37,402 nucleotides of DNA from a virus (IMGVR_UViG_3300019872_000009:1-37402); one strand, 5' to 3'; shown: positions 1-9,307, counted from the stretch's first letter. Translations and numbers: made by a program. The notes: generated by a model from the letters alone, not told the origin.

Positions 1-14
1 TCAGCAGGGGAAAT

Positions 15-599
15 GTGATCGTTGGTACTGATGGGCTTGTGGATACCGAGAACCCGGTAAATATCCTGTTCGTACAGAAGAGGGCCGCGAAGAAGAATAA
101 TGGGCATGAGGAGCCACCCGTTACGGTTGAATCGTTAGTTGCTGAGGTGGCAAGCAATCAGGTGGCTACTGCTGCGCCAAAAGTCAAGGCTCGTGCAGCC
201 AGGCAGAACAGATCGGTTCATCATGAGATCAGTGAGGGCGTCAAGGAGAAAATGAACCTTGACAAACGGATGAAGGAGATCGACATCGAGAAAAAGCAGC
301 GCGAGAGTCAACTCCTGAAGAACAAACAGGATCGTGCAGCCGGGAAGTTGATACCTACGGCTCTCGTGAAGGGGCTGTTCCAAAACCAATTCAAGTCGAT
401 TGTGATGGGCTTCAAGCAGGGCCTTGATCAAATGATCATGGAGATTGCGAAGAAAAAAGCAATGAACATCAACGAACGGGCTGAGTTGAAGAAAGAGATG
501 GTTAAAATCCTCAACAGTTGCATTGACGAAACAATCAAGATCAGCAAGAGAGATATTTCCAGTTTAGTTGCTGAGTATTCACAAACGAGCGAAGAATGA
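15..599 (+). CDS. terS: Terminase small subunit (Nu1-like), probably 5'-truncated by the window edge
   Basis: Directly upstream of the gpA-type terminase with an ATGA overlap. C-terminal charged coiled coil followed by GKLIP, typical of Nu1-like proteins. The frame has no stop back to base 3. Confidence 0.7.
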   Translation: MIVGTDGLVDTENPVNILFVQKRAAKKNNGHEEPPVTVESLVAEVASNQVATAAPKVKARAARQNRSVHHEISEGVKEKMNLDKRMKEIDIEKKQRESQLLKNKQDRAAGKLIPTALVKGLFQNQFKSIVMGFKQGLDQMIMEIAKKKAMNINERAELKKEMVKILNSCIDETIKISKRDISSLVAEYSQTSEE

Positions 600-2620
600 A
601 TTACGAACGGCAGATCGAAGAGATAATCGACTACGCTCGATTCCAGTTGTCAGACATCAAGCCTTCAGAGTGGGCCGAGAAGAATCGGGTGCTCATTGAA
701 GATACTCCGTTCCCTGGCCCCTTCAGTTTCAAACACACTCCGTATTGCAGAGAAATAGTTGACTGCTTCATGCCGGATCATCCAGCTCAGGTCGTGGCTG
801 TTATGAAGGGTGCACAGATCGGTATCTCTACAAATGTTTTGGAGAATGCAATCGGCTGGATAATTTCTGAAGAGCCAGGTAATATCATGTTCCTCAGTGG
901 TCACATCGACCTTACTGAAGAAGCCATGAACACCAAGATTGATAAAATGATCGATAGTTGTGGCTTACGTCACCTCATCAAGCCAAATGTGCGCAAAGTC
1001 CGTAACCAAAGAACAGGTGACACATCGAGAGGTAAAGAGTTTCCCGGTGGATCACTGGTGGCCGGGGCAGCATCAAACCATAAACTCTTACGTCAGAGAT
1101 CAATACGTTACGCTCTCATCGATGACTTTGATGCAGCGAAGAAGAGTTCGAAGGCCGCTGGATCAACAATTAAACTTATCAAGCAGAGATTAGCTGCTTA
1201 CGGAGAAAAAAGAAAGGAGTTTTACTTCTCATCACCTGAAGAAGAAGAAAATTCTAACATCGAGCCTGCATACATGGCTGGTGATCAGAGAAAATATTTT
1301 GTCCCATGTCCATGCTGCGGTGTAATGATTCCTCTCGAATGGGAGGTTGAAATGAAAAACACCGACAATAAAGAAAAAAAAGGAGGCATCACATGGCAAC
1401 TGGATGACAGCGGTAAGTTAATTACAGATAGTGTTGGTTACAACTGCCAGGAGTGCGGAGACTTTTTCACTGACGCTCACAAATACGAAATGAATTTACA
1501 GGGAGAGTGGAGGCCAACAGCAGAACCTTCACGACCCGGTTACTACTCTTACCACATTTCCTGCCTTTACGCTCCAATGGGGATGTACGATTGGGAATAT
1601 TACGTGCGTGAATGGATCGAGGCGAATCCTGTTGGACAGCCAGTGAAAGAAATTGAAGTTCAGTCGTTCATGAATTTGAATTTGGGTCTGACTTACAAAA
1701 AAACAGGAAAGTCGATTGAAGCAAACTCTATCCAGAAAAAAGTTCGTGATTATGAAATCGGAAGAGTGCCTGATTTGATGAGTCAGAAAGATGGCTGTGG
1801 TCAGATCGTAATGCTTACGTGCGCATGTGACTTAAATGGCAAGGAACATGACGCGAGATTGGATTTCGAGATCGTTGCGTGGGCTGAAAATGCTTCAAGT
1901 TACTCAGTGAGACACGGATCGATTGGCACGTTCATTCCGCATGAGAGGACTGAAGAGAAAGTTGATAGAGCAAAATGGAGTTATGAGTATGGTCAGCCGA
2001 ATTGTGTGTGGCCTGAGCTCGATAAAATTCTTTCAGAGAATTATTTAACCGACACAAACAGACCGATGGGTGTTCTTCTTACGGGAATAGATTGTGGCTA
2101 CTACACAAATCACGCATACGGATATATCGATAGAACAAATGTGAGAAATGTTGTTGGTGTTCGTGGTGATAAGGAAGAGGAGCTGAGGAAAGTTGGAGCT
2201 GATTTGCCTGATTTTAAGCCAGCGCGAGAGAGAAGGCATCTATATATGCTCGATGTAAACAACATTAAGGATAAAATTGCAAGAAATATTGAATTGAGAT
2301 GGCAACCTGGCACTCCTGAAGCTCAACCAACTGGATTTATGAATTTCCCTACTCCATCAGGAGGGCTTTACACATTCAACAACTACTTTTCTCATTTTGA
2401 ATCAGAACACCGAATAGTTGAGGTAAAAGACAGTGGAATGGCAGGATCAAGGTGGGTTAAGAAAAAAAGCGGGGGCCAGAATCACCATTGGGACTGTTAC
2501 GTGTATAATTATGCGCTGAAGGAGATATGGGCTCATCTTACTTTGCAAGCAGCTACACCGAAATTAAAGGGGAATTGGTTCGATTTTGTGAGTTATATGA
2601 AGATTCGGAAACTTATTTAA
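596..2620 (+). CDS. terL: Terminase large subunit, lambda gpA family
   Basis: PSEWAE...PGPF...TPY N-terminus, Walker A-like VMKGAQIG, Walker B-like YALIDD, GDQRKYFVPCPCCG...CQECG zinc motif, nuclease CACD/GIDCG motifs and C-terminal NHHWDC. Confidence 0.95.
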   Translation: MNYERQIEEIIDYARFQLSDIKPSEWAEKNRVLIEDTPFPGPFSFKHTPYCREIVDCFMPDHPAQVVAVMKGAQIGISTNVLENAIGWIISEEPGNIMFLSGHIDLTEEAMNTKIDKMIDSCGLRHLIKPNVRKVRNQRTGDTSRGKEFPGGSLVAGAASNHKLLRQRSIRYALIDDFDAAKKSSKAAGSTIKLIKQRLAAYGEKRKEFYFSSPEEEENSNIEPAYMAGDQRKYFVPCPCCGVMIPLEWEVEMKNTDNKEKKGGITWQLDDSGKLITDSVGYNCQECGDFFTDAHKYEMNLQGEWRPTAEPSRPGYYSYHISCLYAPMGMYDWEYYVREWIEANPVGQPVKEIEVQSFMNLNLGLTYKKTGKSIEANSIQKKVRDYEIGRVPDLMSQKDGCGQIVMLTCACDLNGKEHDARLDFEIVAWAENASSYSVRHGSIGTFIPHERTEEKVDRAKWSYEYGQPNCVWPELDKILSENYLTDTNRPMGVLLTGIDCGYYTNHAYGYIDRTNVRNVVGVRGDKEEELRKVGADLPDFKPARERRHLYMLDVNNIKDKIARNIELRWQPGTPEAQPTGFMNFPTPSGGLYTFNNYFSHFESEHRIVEVKDSGMAGSRWVKKKSGGQNHHWDCYVYNYALKEIWAHLTLQAATPKLKGNWFDFVSYMKIRKLI

Positions 2621-2682
2621 GAAAACTATAGGATATTTAAAACACCTAAAGTAATATTGATCCATCATCAACATCAAACAAA

Positions 2683-3123
2683 ATGAAAATCTCTGAGCTT
2701 AAAAATGCCCCTGAGTGGCTGGTGTTAGCCGATACACAGAACGCAGATGTAGAAATGCACCCTTGGATTCCCGGATGGATAGTTTGGAAAGGCGGTGACT
2801 TCCTTGGCGGTAACTTCCTTGGCGGTGACTTCCTTGGCGGTAACTTCCTTGGCGGTAACTTCCTTGGCGGTAACTTCCGTGGCGGTAACTTCCGTGGCGG
2901 TGACTTCCGTGGCGGTTTAATGATGCCGCACTGCAAGTGGATTTACGGCCAGGATCATGAAGGGAATATTATAATCGGTTGTAAGCGAATGAAGATTGAG
3001 GATTGGGATAAGTGGTTTGCTGGAACAGGGGAATTTACAACAAAGAGAGGAACTGATGAATTTAAAAAGATACAAGCCTGTTTTGAAGCAACGAAAGCAT
3101 TTGTGAGTTTTCTTAAAAAATAA
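2683..3123 (+). CDS. Pentapeptide-repeat (GG[D/N]F[L/R]) protein
   Basis: Eight GGxFx repeats followed by an IIIGCK...IEDWDKWF C-terminal domain like those of other phage repeat proteins. A-rich leader before the ATG. Confidence 0.75.
   Translation: MKISELKNAPEWLVLADTQNADVEMHPWIPGWIVWKGGDFLGGNFLGGDFLGGNFLGGNFLGGNFRGGNFRGGDFRGGLMMPHCKWIYGQDHEGNIIIGCKRMKIEDWDKWFAGTGEFTTKRGTDEFKKIQACFEATKAFVSFLKK
2791..2916 (+). repeat. 15-bp tandem repeat GGCGGT(G/A)ACTTCC(T/G)T, 8 full copies plus 6 bp
   Basis: Read directly from the sequence. Only two positions per unit vary. Confidence 0.97.
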
Positions 3124-3125
3124 AA

Positions 3126-3323
3126 ATGGAAACACCGGGATTTGAAAAGCCATCAGGTTTGACTTTAGATTTATCCGACATGCCTTCACTCCAAAGGCTC
3201 TACAAAAAAGCTCTCGAAGAGAAAAAAGAATCCTTCATGTTCAAGGGAACTGAGATGTTGACTGATTACGCTAAATGTGTTTTGGAGTACGCATCATCTT
3301 TCAGAAAACCGAGACACTCATGA
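3126..3323 (+). CDS. Small hypothetical phage protein
   Basis: 65-aa ORF tightly packed between neighbours, with an ATGA overlap downstream. Confidence 0.65.
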   Translation: METPGFEKPSGLTLDLSDMPSLQRLYKKALEEKKESFMFKGTEMLTDYAKCVLEYASSFRKPRHS

Positions 3324-3787
3324 AAAAAACAAAAATCATTTTTGCAATTGCGGCAATTGTTCTGTTTGGTTGTGAGGAATCTACTGAGTACAGGGTTGAC
3401 CATCGTGTGAGTCCGTATGTGGAAAACTTCTTCTCAGAAGGTGAAAAGCGGGGTTATGTTTTCAAACGGGATAATTTAATCATCGTAGTTCAGAAGGGTG
3501 TTGGTGATGTGAATAAATATGACGGGTTGCGGCATCAGGCATATTGTCATAAAGACCCGGAAACAGGCCAGGTAACAATTCGGATTGATGAAGATTATGT
3601 TGAATCCGAAAGTGTCACGATTGAATGCACGATCTTCCATGAATTAGGACACGGATTGTTAAACAGAACTCACGGTGTCGGAGTACTGGTTCCCTCGATC
3701 ATGAAGGGTCATTATTGGACTAATTATTTTTATCGCGACATGAAGGATGAGTTGATTAATGAGTTGTTTGAAAACAAAGGGAAATAA
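3320..3787 (+). CDS. Lipoprotein zinc metallopeptidase (metzincin-like)
   Basis: Start reassigned to the ATG at 3320. MKKTKIIFAIAAIVLFG-C lipobox, HELGHGLLNRTH zinc motif and PSIM Met-turn. Confidence 0.75.
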   Translation: MKKTKIIFAIAAIVLFGCEESTEYRVDHRVSPYVENFFSEGEKRGYVFKRDNLIIVVQKGVGDVNKYDGLRHQAYCHKDPETGQVTIRIDEDYVESESVTIECTIFHELGHGLLNRTHGVGVLVPSIMKGHYWTNYFYRDMKDELINELFENKGK

Positions 3788-4482
3788 TGACGCCATTGAG
3801 TGAATTAAGAGTAGGTGTTTTGGTTCCCACAAGAGGAGATCGGTTGATGCTTCTTGAAAATGCTCTCCGGTTAATCGGCAGGCAGACAATAAAACCTCAT
3901 CGTGTTGAAGTAGTTGGCGATTCCCCAAAAAGTGAAGCGTGTGACATCACGTATCGTTACCGCACTGGTTACGAAAAGATGACTGACGTTGATGTTATTC
4001 TGTTTTGGGAGGACGATGATTGGTACGTTGAGGATTACATCGAAACGATGTTGGTTGAGTGGGATAAAGCTGGTCGTCCTGATTTATTTGGATCGCGATA
4101 CACTCTTTATTACCATTTGAAGCTGAAAAGATATTTTAAAATGTCCCATGAGAGTCGTGCGAGTGCAATGAACACTTTGATCAGGGCTAACATTAAGGGT
4201 ATAGATTGGGGTAAGGATGACAATGCCTACACCGATACGTTGTTATGGATGGGTGCTAGTCCATTGCGGAATAGAAGTCTCTTCACTCCATGTAAGATAA
4301 TTGCAATCGGAATGAAGCATGGAATTGGAAAAACAGGAGGTCGTGGTCACACCGATGAGTTTCGTAGGTATGTAAATGAAGATGAGCACTGTAATTTTCT
4401 GCGGAGCGTGATTGATGAAGAGAGTTTTCAGTTTTATTTAAAGGTTCACGAACAATTAAGGGATAATGGAATCGCTGACTAA
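3787..4482 (+). CDS. Glycosyltransferase, GT-A fold (GT2-like)
   Basis: VGVLVPTRGDR N-terminal strand, QT motif and ILFWEDDDWY DxD-type motif. Confidence 0.8.
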   Translation: MTPLSELRVGVLVPTRGDRLMLLENALRLIGRQTIKPHRVEVVGDSPKSEACDITYRYRTGYEKMTDVDVILFWEDDDWYVEDYIETMLVEWDKAGRPDLFGSRYTLYYHLKLKRYFKMSHESRASAMNTLIRANIKGIDWGKDDNAYTDTLLWMGASPLRNRSLFTPCKIIAIGMKHGIGKTGGRGHTDEFRRYVNEDEHCNFLRSVIDEESFQFYLKVHEQLRDNGIAD

Positions 4483-4801
4483 AGAAAATTTCTGGAACGC
4501 CCTCATGGCGAAGTATCCTGAACAAATGAAGGTGTTCTGTGCTTGGGTGGATGAATACAAAGCCAGAAATGAGTGGGGAAGCATTTTCAAAAACGGTGAA
4601 GATAAATTTGTTCGAGATACAGGAAAGCCATTAAAATACCATGAACTGCCAATTGCAATGCAGTTCGGAATTTTTTATCAGTTCACGGTGGAGAGTGAAG
4701 AGTACGATTTGTTTTATCAGGATGTGGCTGTGCCGAAAACAATGGATGATATTAAGGATTGTATTGAGGGTTTTTTCTTCTTACAAAAAATGAAAGCATG
4801 A
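4466..4801 (+). CDS. Hypothetical protein
   Basis: 111-aa ORF overlapping both neighbours in the operon. Confidence 0.6.
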   Translation: MESLTKENFWNALMAKYPEQMKVFCAWVDEYKARNEWGSIFKNGEDKFVRDTGKPLKYHELPIAMQFGIFYQFTVESEEYDLFYQDVAVPKTMDDIKDCIEGFFFLQKMKA

Positions 4802-5448
4802 TTCATCAAGTCTATTTCAAACCAGAGCAGCGAGGAATCCTTGAGCCTCAATTCAAGCCATACAGCAACGAAGGTATGCTGACGAATTATTATGAGAATG
4901 AAATAATCGCTAGGTTGATAAAAGAAGAAAGCGACCCCGATGAATATTTTGGTGTGTTGAGTTGGAGTTTGCGAGGTAAGATTGAAAGAATGAAACAGTA
5001 CCCGCATCCATTCAAGAATATCTCCACAGAATCATACTCTTTCAATTGGCTGCTGTCAGAGATCGAAAAAAACGAGGATGTTATTTTCTTAATGGAGCAT
5101 GAGAAGCACGATCCTGTTGTAGCGGCAGCTCGTATTCATCCGAATTTTTTGGATAATTGGTATGCTTTGCTTAGAAGGTTGAAGTTGCCATCACCGCCAA
5201 TGGATATTATTTTAACTTGGGAGAAAGTCATCTATTGCAACTTTTTTATCGCAAAACACAAGGTGTATAAAGCCTACGTTGACGAGCTCCTTGATCCAGC
5301 GATGAAAATAATGGAAACTATGCCTGAGCTGAACGAGGATGCACGATACCCGATGGGGCCTGGTTATACTTATCACTCATTCCTGTGTGAGAGATTATTT
5401 AGTTATTGGTACAACTTTATTTACAAGAAAAATGGAATTAAGATTTAG
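4798..5448 (+). CDS. DUF4422-like putative glycosyltransferase
   Basis: YCNFFIAK...Y..YVDELL and FLCERLFSYW segments resemble DUF4422 proteins of polysaccharide loci. Confidence 0.55.
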   Translation: MIHQVYFKPEQRGILEPQFKPYSNEGMLTNYYENEIIARLIKEESDPDEYFGVLSWSLRGKIERMKQYPHPFKNISTESYSFNWLLSEIEKNEDVIFLMEHEKHDPVVAAARIHPNFLDNWYALLRRLKLPSPPMDIILTWEKVIYCNFFIAKHKVYKAYVDELLDPAMKIMETMPELNEDARYPMGPGYTYHSFLCERLFSYWYNFIYKKNGIKI

Positions 5449-5917
5449 AGCGTTCGTTGACCTTAAAAAGTTTAAGGTAATGATAGAGGGTGTTCAACTT
5501 GGCACAGACGCAAATAGCTGTGGTTGTTCGTTAGAGGCTCTTATTGAAGAGGTTGAAAAAGTTGGGTGGAAAATTAATGATGATGAGGATTTCGAGAACG
5601 TAACTACCGGAGAAAAAATAAACATGTATGAAGCTGGTGCGAACGAAACTGGCGAGGATTTCGTGTGGTTTGATAATTCTGAGGTTATGCAATTCGTTGG
5701 TCTTGAGGATGAAAAAGAAAAAGATTTCTACATTGGCGACATCGGTAAATTTGATAATGGCGACAAATTTCAGTTATTACTTGAGGATCATCTTGAGGTT
5801 TCTGTGGTATGGATTGGTGATCCTAAATGTGAAGATCAAGCGAGAGACCTATATCGGATTAGTAGGGCTGTTATTGTTGGAAACATTTACGAAAACCCTG
5901 AACTTTTAGAATTATAA
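5432..5917 (+). CDS. YopX family protein
   Basis: Start reassigned to the ATG at 5432. MELRFRAF, MQFVGLED...FYIGDI and terminal IVGNIYENPELL are YopX signatures. Confidence 0.85.
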   Translation: MELRFRAFVDLKKFKVMIEGVQLGTDANSCGCSLEALIEEVEKVGWKINDDEDFENVTTGEKINMYEAGANETGEDFVWFDNSEVMQFVGLEDEKEKDFYIGDIGKFDNGDKFQLLLEDHLEVSVVWIGDPKCEDQARDLYRISRAVIVGNIYENPELLEL

Positions 5918-5941
5918 AACAGTAATCTCAATCGATAATTT

Positions 5942-6892
5942 ATGACTATACTTTTCCTTGGCAACTTCGATGCTCCATTCAGCTCGGAGAATTATTATCT
6001 AAAAACGCTTCTAAAGATGGGGCACAAGGTCGTGACGCTTCAGGAGAACCAGACCTTACACAACCACATCATCACTGCCTTGCAGGATCACGAGATTGAT
6101 TTATTCTTTTGGGTTCACACTCCCGGCTTCACTCGCTTCCAGGGAATGGATCAGCTCTTGAGTGTTATGAGGCACAAGGGGATAAAAACATTCGCATACC
6201 ATCTTGACCTTTATATGGGCATCGAGCGAGAGAGGATGCTCCAAACTAATCCGTATTTCTTAATCGATAATTTTTTCACTGTCGATAAAGTCATGGCTGA
6301 GTGGATGAATGAGAATCACAACTTTAAATTAGCCAAGGGGTACTTCCTGCCAGCGGGTGTTTACGAGGAAGAGTGTTTCCTTGGTACGCCTGATCGTGAT
6401 AAATACCCACACGATATTATATTCACTGGATCGTATGGCTACCACCACGAGTATCCGTACCGCCAGCAGTTAATCAACTGGCTGAAGCAAACCTACGGGG
6501 ACAGGTTCGGTCATTACGGTGGCGGTGGGCTTCCTACGGTGCGTGGCCCTGAGTTGAATAATCTGTATGCCAGCGCGAAGATTGTTATTGGGGATACGCT
6601 CTGCAAGAACTTCGATTATCCGTATTATTTTTCAGATCGTGCATTTGAGGTTCCTGGTCGTGGTGGTTTTATGATCTTCCCCTACATAAAAGGGCTTGAG
6701 GATCATTATGAAATAGGTAGAGAAATTGTTCAGTATAAGTTCAATGATTTTTTGGGTTTAAAGAGTTTGATTGACTATTATCTTGAGAATGAATCTGAAA
6801 GAGAGGTGATTAGAATAGCTGGATTTGAAAGAGCTAAAAAAGACCATACTTATCGAGCAAGGCTAGATAGGATTTTGGAGATTCTTTCTTAG
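5942..6892 (+). CDS. GT-B glycosyltransferase, CgeB/Glyco_trans_1_2-like
   Basis: DIIFTGS...YRQQLI, LNNLYASAKIVIG, SDRAFEVPGRGGF and terminal HTYRARL motifs. Confidence 0.85.
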   Translation: MTILFLGNFDAPFSSENYYLKTLLKMGHKVVTLQENQTLHNHIITALQDHEIDLFFWVHTPGFTRFQGMDQLLSVMRHKGIKTFAYHLDLYMGIERERMLQTNPYFLIDNFFTVDKVMAEWMNENHNFKLAKGYFLPAGVYEEECFLGTPDRDKYPHDIIFTGSYGYHHEYPYRQQLINWLKQTYGDRFGHYGGGGLPTVRGPELNNLYASAKIVIGDTLCKNFDYPYYFSDRAFEVPGRGGFMIFPYIKGLEDHYEIGREIVQYKFNDFLGLKSLIDYYLENESEREVIRIAGFERAKKDHTYRARLDRILEILS

Positions 6893-6900
6893 ATTGCGTC

Positions 6901-7443
6901 ATGGGTGGTGATACGGTAAGGAAGAGGGGTGTTTGTATTATTTGCGGTATTGATTTCGAATACTATGAGTCAAATCGCGCAACGGGTAAATACTGTTCAT
7001 TAAAATGCGCCCATAAGTCACCGGAAAGGATTGAGAAGATAAGAATAGCAAATACTGGAAAGAAGGCGTCAGAACAAGCGAGGCGGAACATGAGTCTGGC
7101 TCATATTGGTAAAAACATTGGGCCTGAAAGTCATTCATGGAAAGGTGATAATATAAAGTATCAATCACTTCATGCTTGGGTGAGGGCTAATTTCGATAAG
7201 CCAGGTAAGTGTGAAAAATGTGGGACAAAGAAAGGTAAGGCTTACGAGTGGGCAAATAAATCTGGAAAATATAAAAGAAGAAGAAGCGATTGGTTTTGGC
7301 TTTGTAAAAAATGCCATCATAAATATGATGGTGTTGGTGAAAAAGCATCAAAAACATTTTTAGATAGAAAGGATAAGGGGGAGTATGAATTAAGAGCAGG
7401 GGATAGCGGTAGATTAAGGTGGTTTAAAAAGAAAAAGATATGA
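6901..7443 (+). CDS. HNH-type endonuclease with NUMOD3 DNA-binding motif (putative free-standing homing endonuclease)
   Basis: CIICG...KYCSLKC zinc motif, NUMOD3-like KKASEQARRNMSLAHIG, SWKGD..Y..LH.WV and CEKCG...EWAN...LCKKCH. Confidence 0.75.
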   Translation: MGGDTVRKRGVCIICGIDFEYYESNRATGKYCSLKCAHKSPERIEKIRIANTGKKASEQARRNMSLAHIGKNIGPESHSWKGDNIKYQSLHAWVRANFDKPGKCEKCGTKKGKAYEWANKSGKYKRRRSDWFWLCKKCHHKYDGVGEKASKTFLDRKDKGEYELRAGDSGRLRWFKKKKI

Positions 7444-8303
7444 ACGTAGTTTGGTATAATCAGTCTCGCGGGAATTGGGATTCTGGATTGTTGAGGGCAA
7501 TCTTCGATAAACATCCTGATCTTTTCATCCAGCACAACTTTAAAGGATGGGCTCACTTTGATCGGGCCATCGTGATTGTTGTTGGTAAGCCTGAAGTTGC
7601 TCCTTTGCGAGAATGTCTCGACACGTTAAAATCTGGAATAGTAATTCTTACAAGTGATGAGGATGCTTACTTCGATTACAAAGCAGCGATTCCTCCGCAC
7701 TTGGAAATTTGGAGTCAGTACTGGACGCAAGATCGTCCTGAAATAAAGGAGCGGTTGTTAATTGGCCCATCATCAAGATTATTTTATGGTGAAGGTGGCG
7801 TTGAATACAAAAACAACAGCGGCTTCTTGCGGAGAGAGTTTCTTTGGTCGTTCGTGGGCCAAGTGCAAAATCCATCTCGTCAGGAGTGTATAAAAACTCT
7901 CTTAACTCTTGAAGGTGGACTCCTTCAGGTGGTTCAGATGTTTGGTGGCAATGGAGAGAATGGAATGGACTACCAGGCGTATCTCGACATTATGTGTCGT
8001 AGCAAATACGTGATCTGTCCTTCCGGCTCAATGTCGGTCGATTCATTCCGTTTGTATGAAGCGATTGAGTGTGGTGCAATCCCGATCACCGACATGCACT
8101 GCCCAAGAGAGAAAGATGGTTTCAATTGGTGGAGGCAAGTTGTTCCTGACGCAGACATCATGATGGTCAGCTCGTGGAGTGATTTGAATCAGGATTGGTT
8201 TAAGGAACCATTTTACGAAGAGCGACTGAAAAAGAATTCTTGGTGGAATAAATACAAAGAACAACTTGAATCAAAACTAGTCCATGCAGCTTACGAGAAT
8301 TAA
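7440..8303 (+). CDS. Exostosin-like (GT47) glycosyltransferase
   Basis: WSFVG...R, then YLDIMCRSKYVICPSG...SFRLYEAIECGAIPI, the exostosin C-terminal signature. Confidence 0.8.
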   Translation: MNVVWYNQSRGNWDSGLLRAIFDKHPDLFIQHNFKGWAHFDRAIVIVVGKPEVAPLRECLDTLKSGIVILTSDEDAYFDYKAAIPPHLEIWSQYWTQDRPEIKERLLIGPSSRLFYGEGGVEYKNNSGFLRREFLWSFVGQVQNPSRQECIKTLLTLEGGLLQVVQMFGGNGENGMDYQAYLDIMCRSKYVICPSGSMSVDSFRLYEAIECGAIPITDMHCPREKDGFNWWRQVVPDADIMMVSSWSDLNQDWFKEPFYEERLKKNSWWNKYKEQLESKLVHAAYEN

Positions 8304-9027
8304 CGGAAAATACGAACTCTGGCTTCCAGAACATCGCGCAGCTCGTGAGCAGTGGAGCCTCGCCAACGGTGGATGGGAGGTTGGGCGTATTGAAGAGATG
8401 TTAGATGTGTTAAAACCTACTGACATTCTCTTCGATTTGGGGACAGAGGAGGGTGACATCAGCGCATTACTCGTTAAGGAGTCGGGGTGTAAAATTGTGA
8501 TGTTCGAACCAAATGATCGTGTGTGGCCGTGTATAAAAGAAATATGGAAGGCTAATAATTTACCATTGCCGATGGGGCTATATCCGGGATTCTTGGGTAG
8601 TGATGATTTTTTAAATCTCAGTGGGCTTAATCAAAATTGGGATGTGATTGGGTGTAATATGATTCCTGATCATGGGTTCAAGCAGCTTTATGAAAATTAT
8701 CCAGACGTTCCGAGAATTACGCTTGACTCATACTGTGAAAGAACGGGCTGGTATCCCACTGTGATCACGATGGATTGTGAGGGCGCTGAGTTTGAGATTA
8801 TAAGGGGAGCAGAAAAAACTCTTCGTGAGAAAAAACCGATTATCTTTATGTCGGTGCATCCGGTTTTCATGTATGAAAGTTATCGCAACGAAGGTAAGTG
8901 GAGGGAAATGTATGGAGAGCGACAGGATGTTGTCCACATGCTTCGTTTTATTGATGAGTTGGGTTACACCCATCGCTGCATAGAGTACGATTACCATGAA
9001 TTACACATGAGGTTCGATCCAAAATGA
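8284..9027 (+). CDS. FkbM family SAM-dependent methyltransferase
   Basis: LFDLGTEEG motif I, VMFEPN, ITLDSY and ITMDCEGAEFEIIRGAEKTL. Confidence 0.9.
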   Translation: MQLTRINGKYELWLPEHRAAREQWSLANGGWEVGRIEEMLDVLKPTDILFDLGTEEGDISALLVKESGCKIVMFEPNDRVWPCIKEIWKANNLPLPMGLYPGFLGSDDFLNLSGLNQNWDVIGCNMIPDHGFKQLYENYPDVPRITLDSYCERTGWYPTVITMDCEGAEFEIIRGAEKTLREKKPIIFMSVHPVFMYESYRNEGKWREMYGERQDVVHMLRFIDELGYTHRCIEYDYHELHMRFDPK

Positions 9028-9218
9028 AAAAGGCGCTGCTTTACATAATTCCAATTGTAGGGGCTATTTTGCTCACTGATTACATGAATAGGGAATCAGC
9101 TAAAGATGGATATATTCCGAAGTGGTGGGTTATGATTTTATGCTTGCTAGGCACTGGTTATCATATAATGGCCTTGGTTTATCCTTTTGTGCTTGTGATG
9201 TCTTATATGGAAAAATGA
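9024..9218 (+). CDS. Small two-TM membrane protein
   Basis: Two hydrophobic stretches, with ATGA overlaps on both sides. Confidence 0.6.
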   Translation: MKKALLYIIPIVGAILLTDYMNRESAKDGYIPKWWVMILCLLGTGYHIMALVYPFVLVMSYMEK

Positions 9219-9307
9219 TGATTGACCGAATAAAAGATTGGAGGTATTGGGTGCTGCTGTTAATAGTGGGCTCTGTTTTGTTTCTGCTAACGATTCCGTT
9301 TTTATGA
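9215..9307 (+). CDS. 30-aa single-TM peptide (MMIDRIKDWRYWVLLLIVGSVLFLLTIPFL)
   Basis: Fills the gap exactly, with ATGA overlaps at both ends. Confidence 0.5.
   Translation: MMIDRIKDWRYWVLLLIVGSVLFLLTIPFL

Noticed and set aside
2791-2916. CRISPR array or DGR template/variable repeat
   Set aside because: Units are contiguous with no spacers, variation includes non-adenine positions, and no reverse transcriptase or cas gene is present in the window.
2646-2936. Minus-strand ORF with PPRKL/PPRKS repeats
   Set aside because: Antisense shadow of the 15-bp repeat. The plus-strand gene has a proper leader and fits the operon.
6893-7443. Group I intron carrying the HNH gene
   Set aside because: Both flanking genes appear complete and there is no non-coding room for a ribozyme core.
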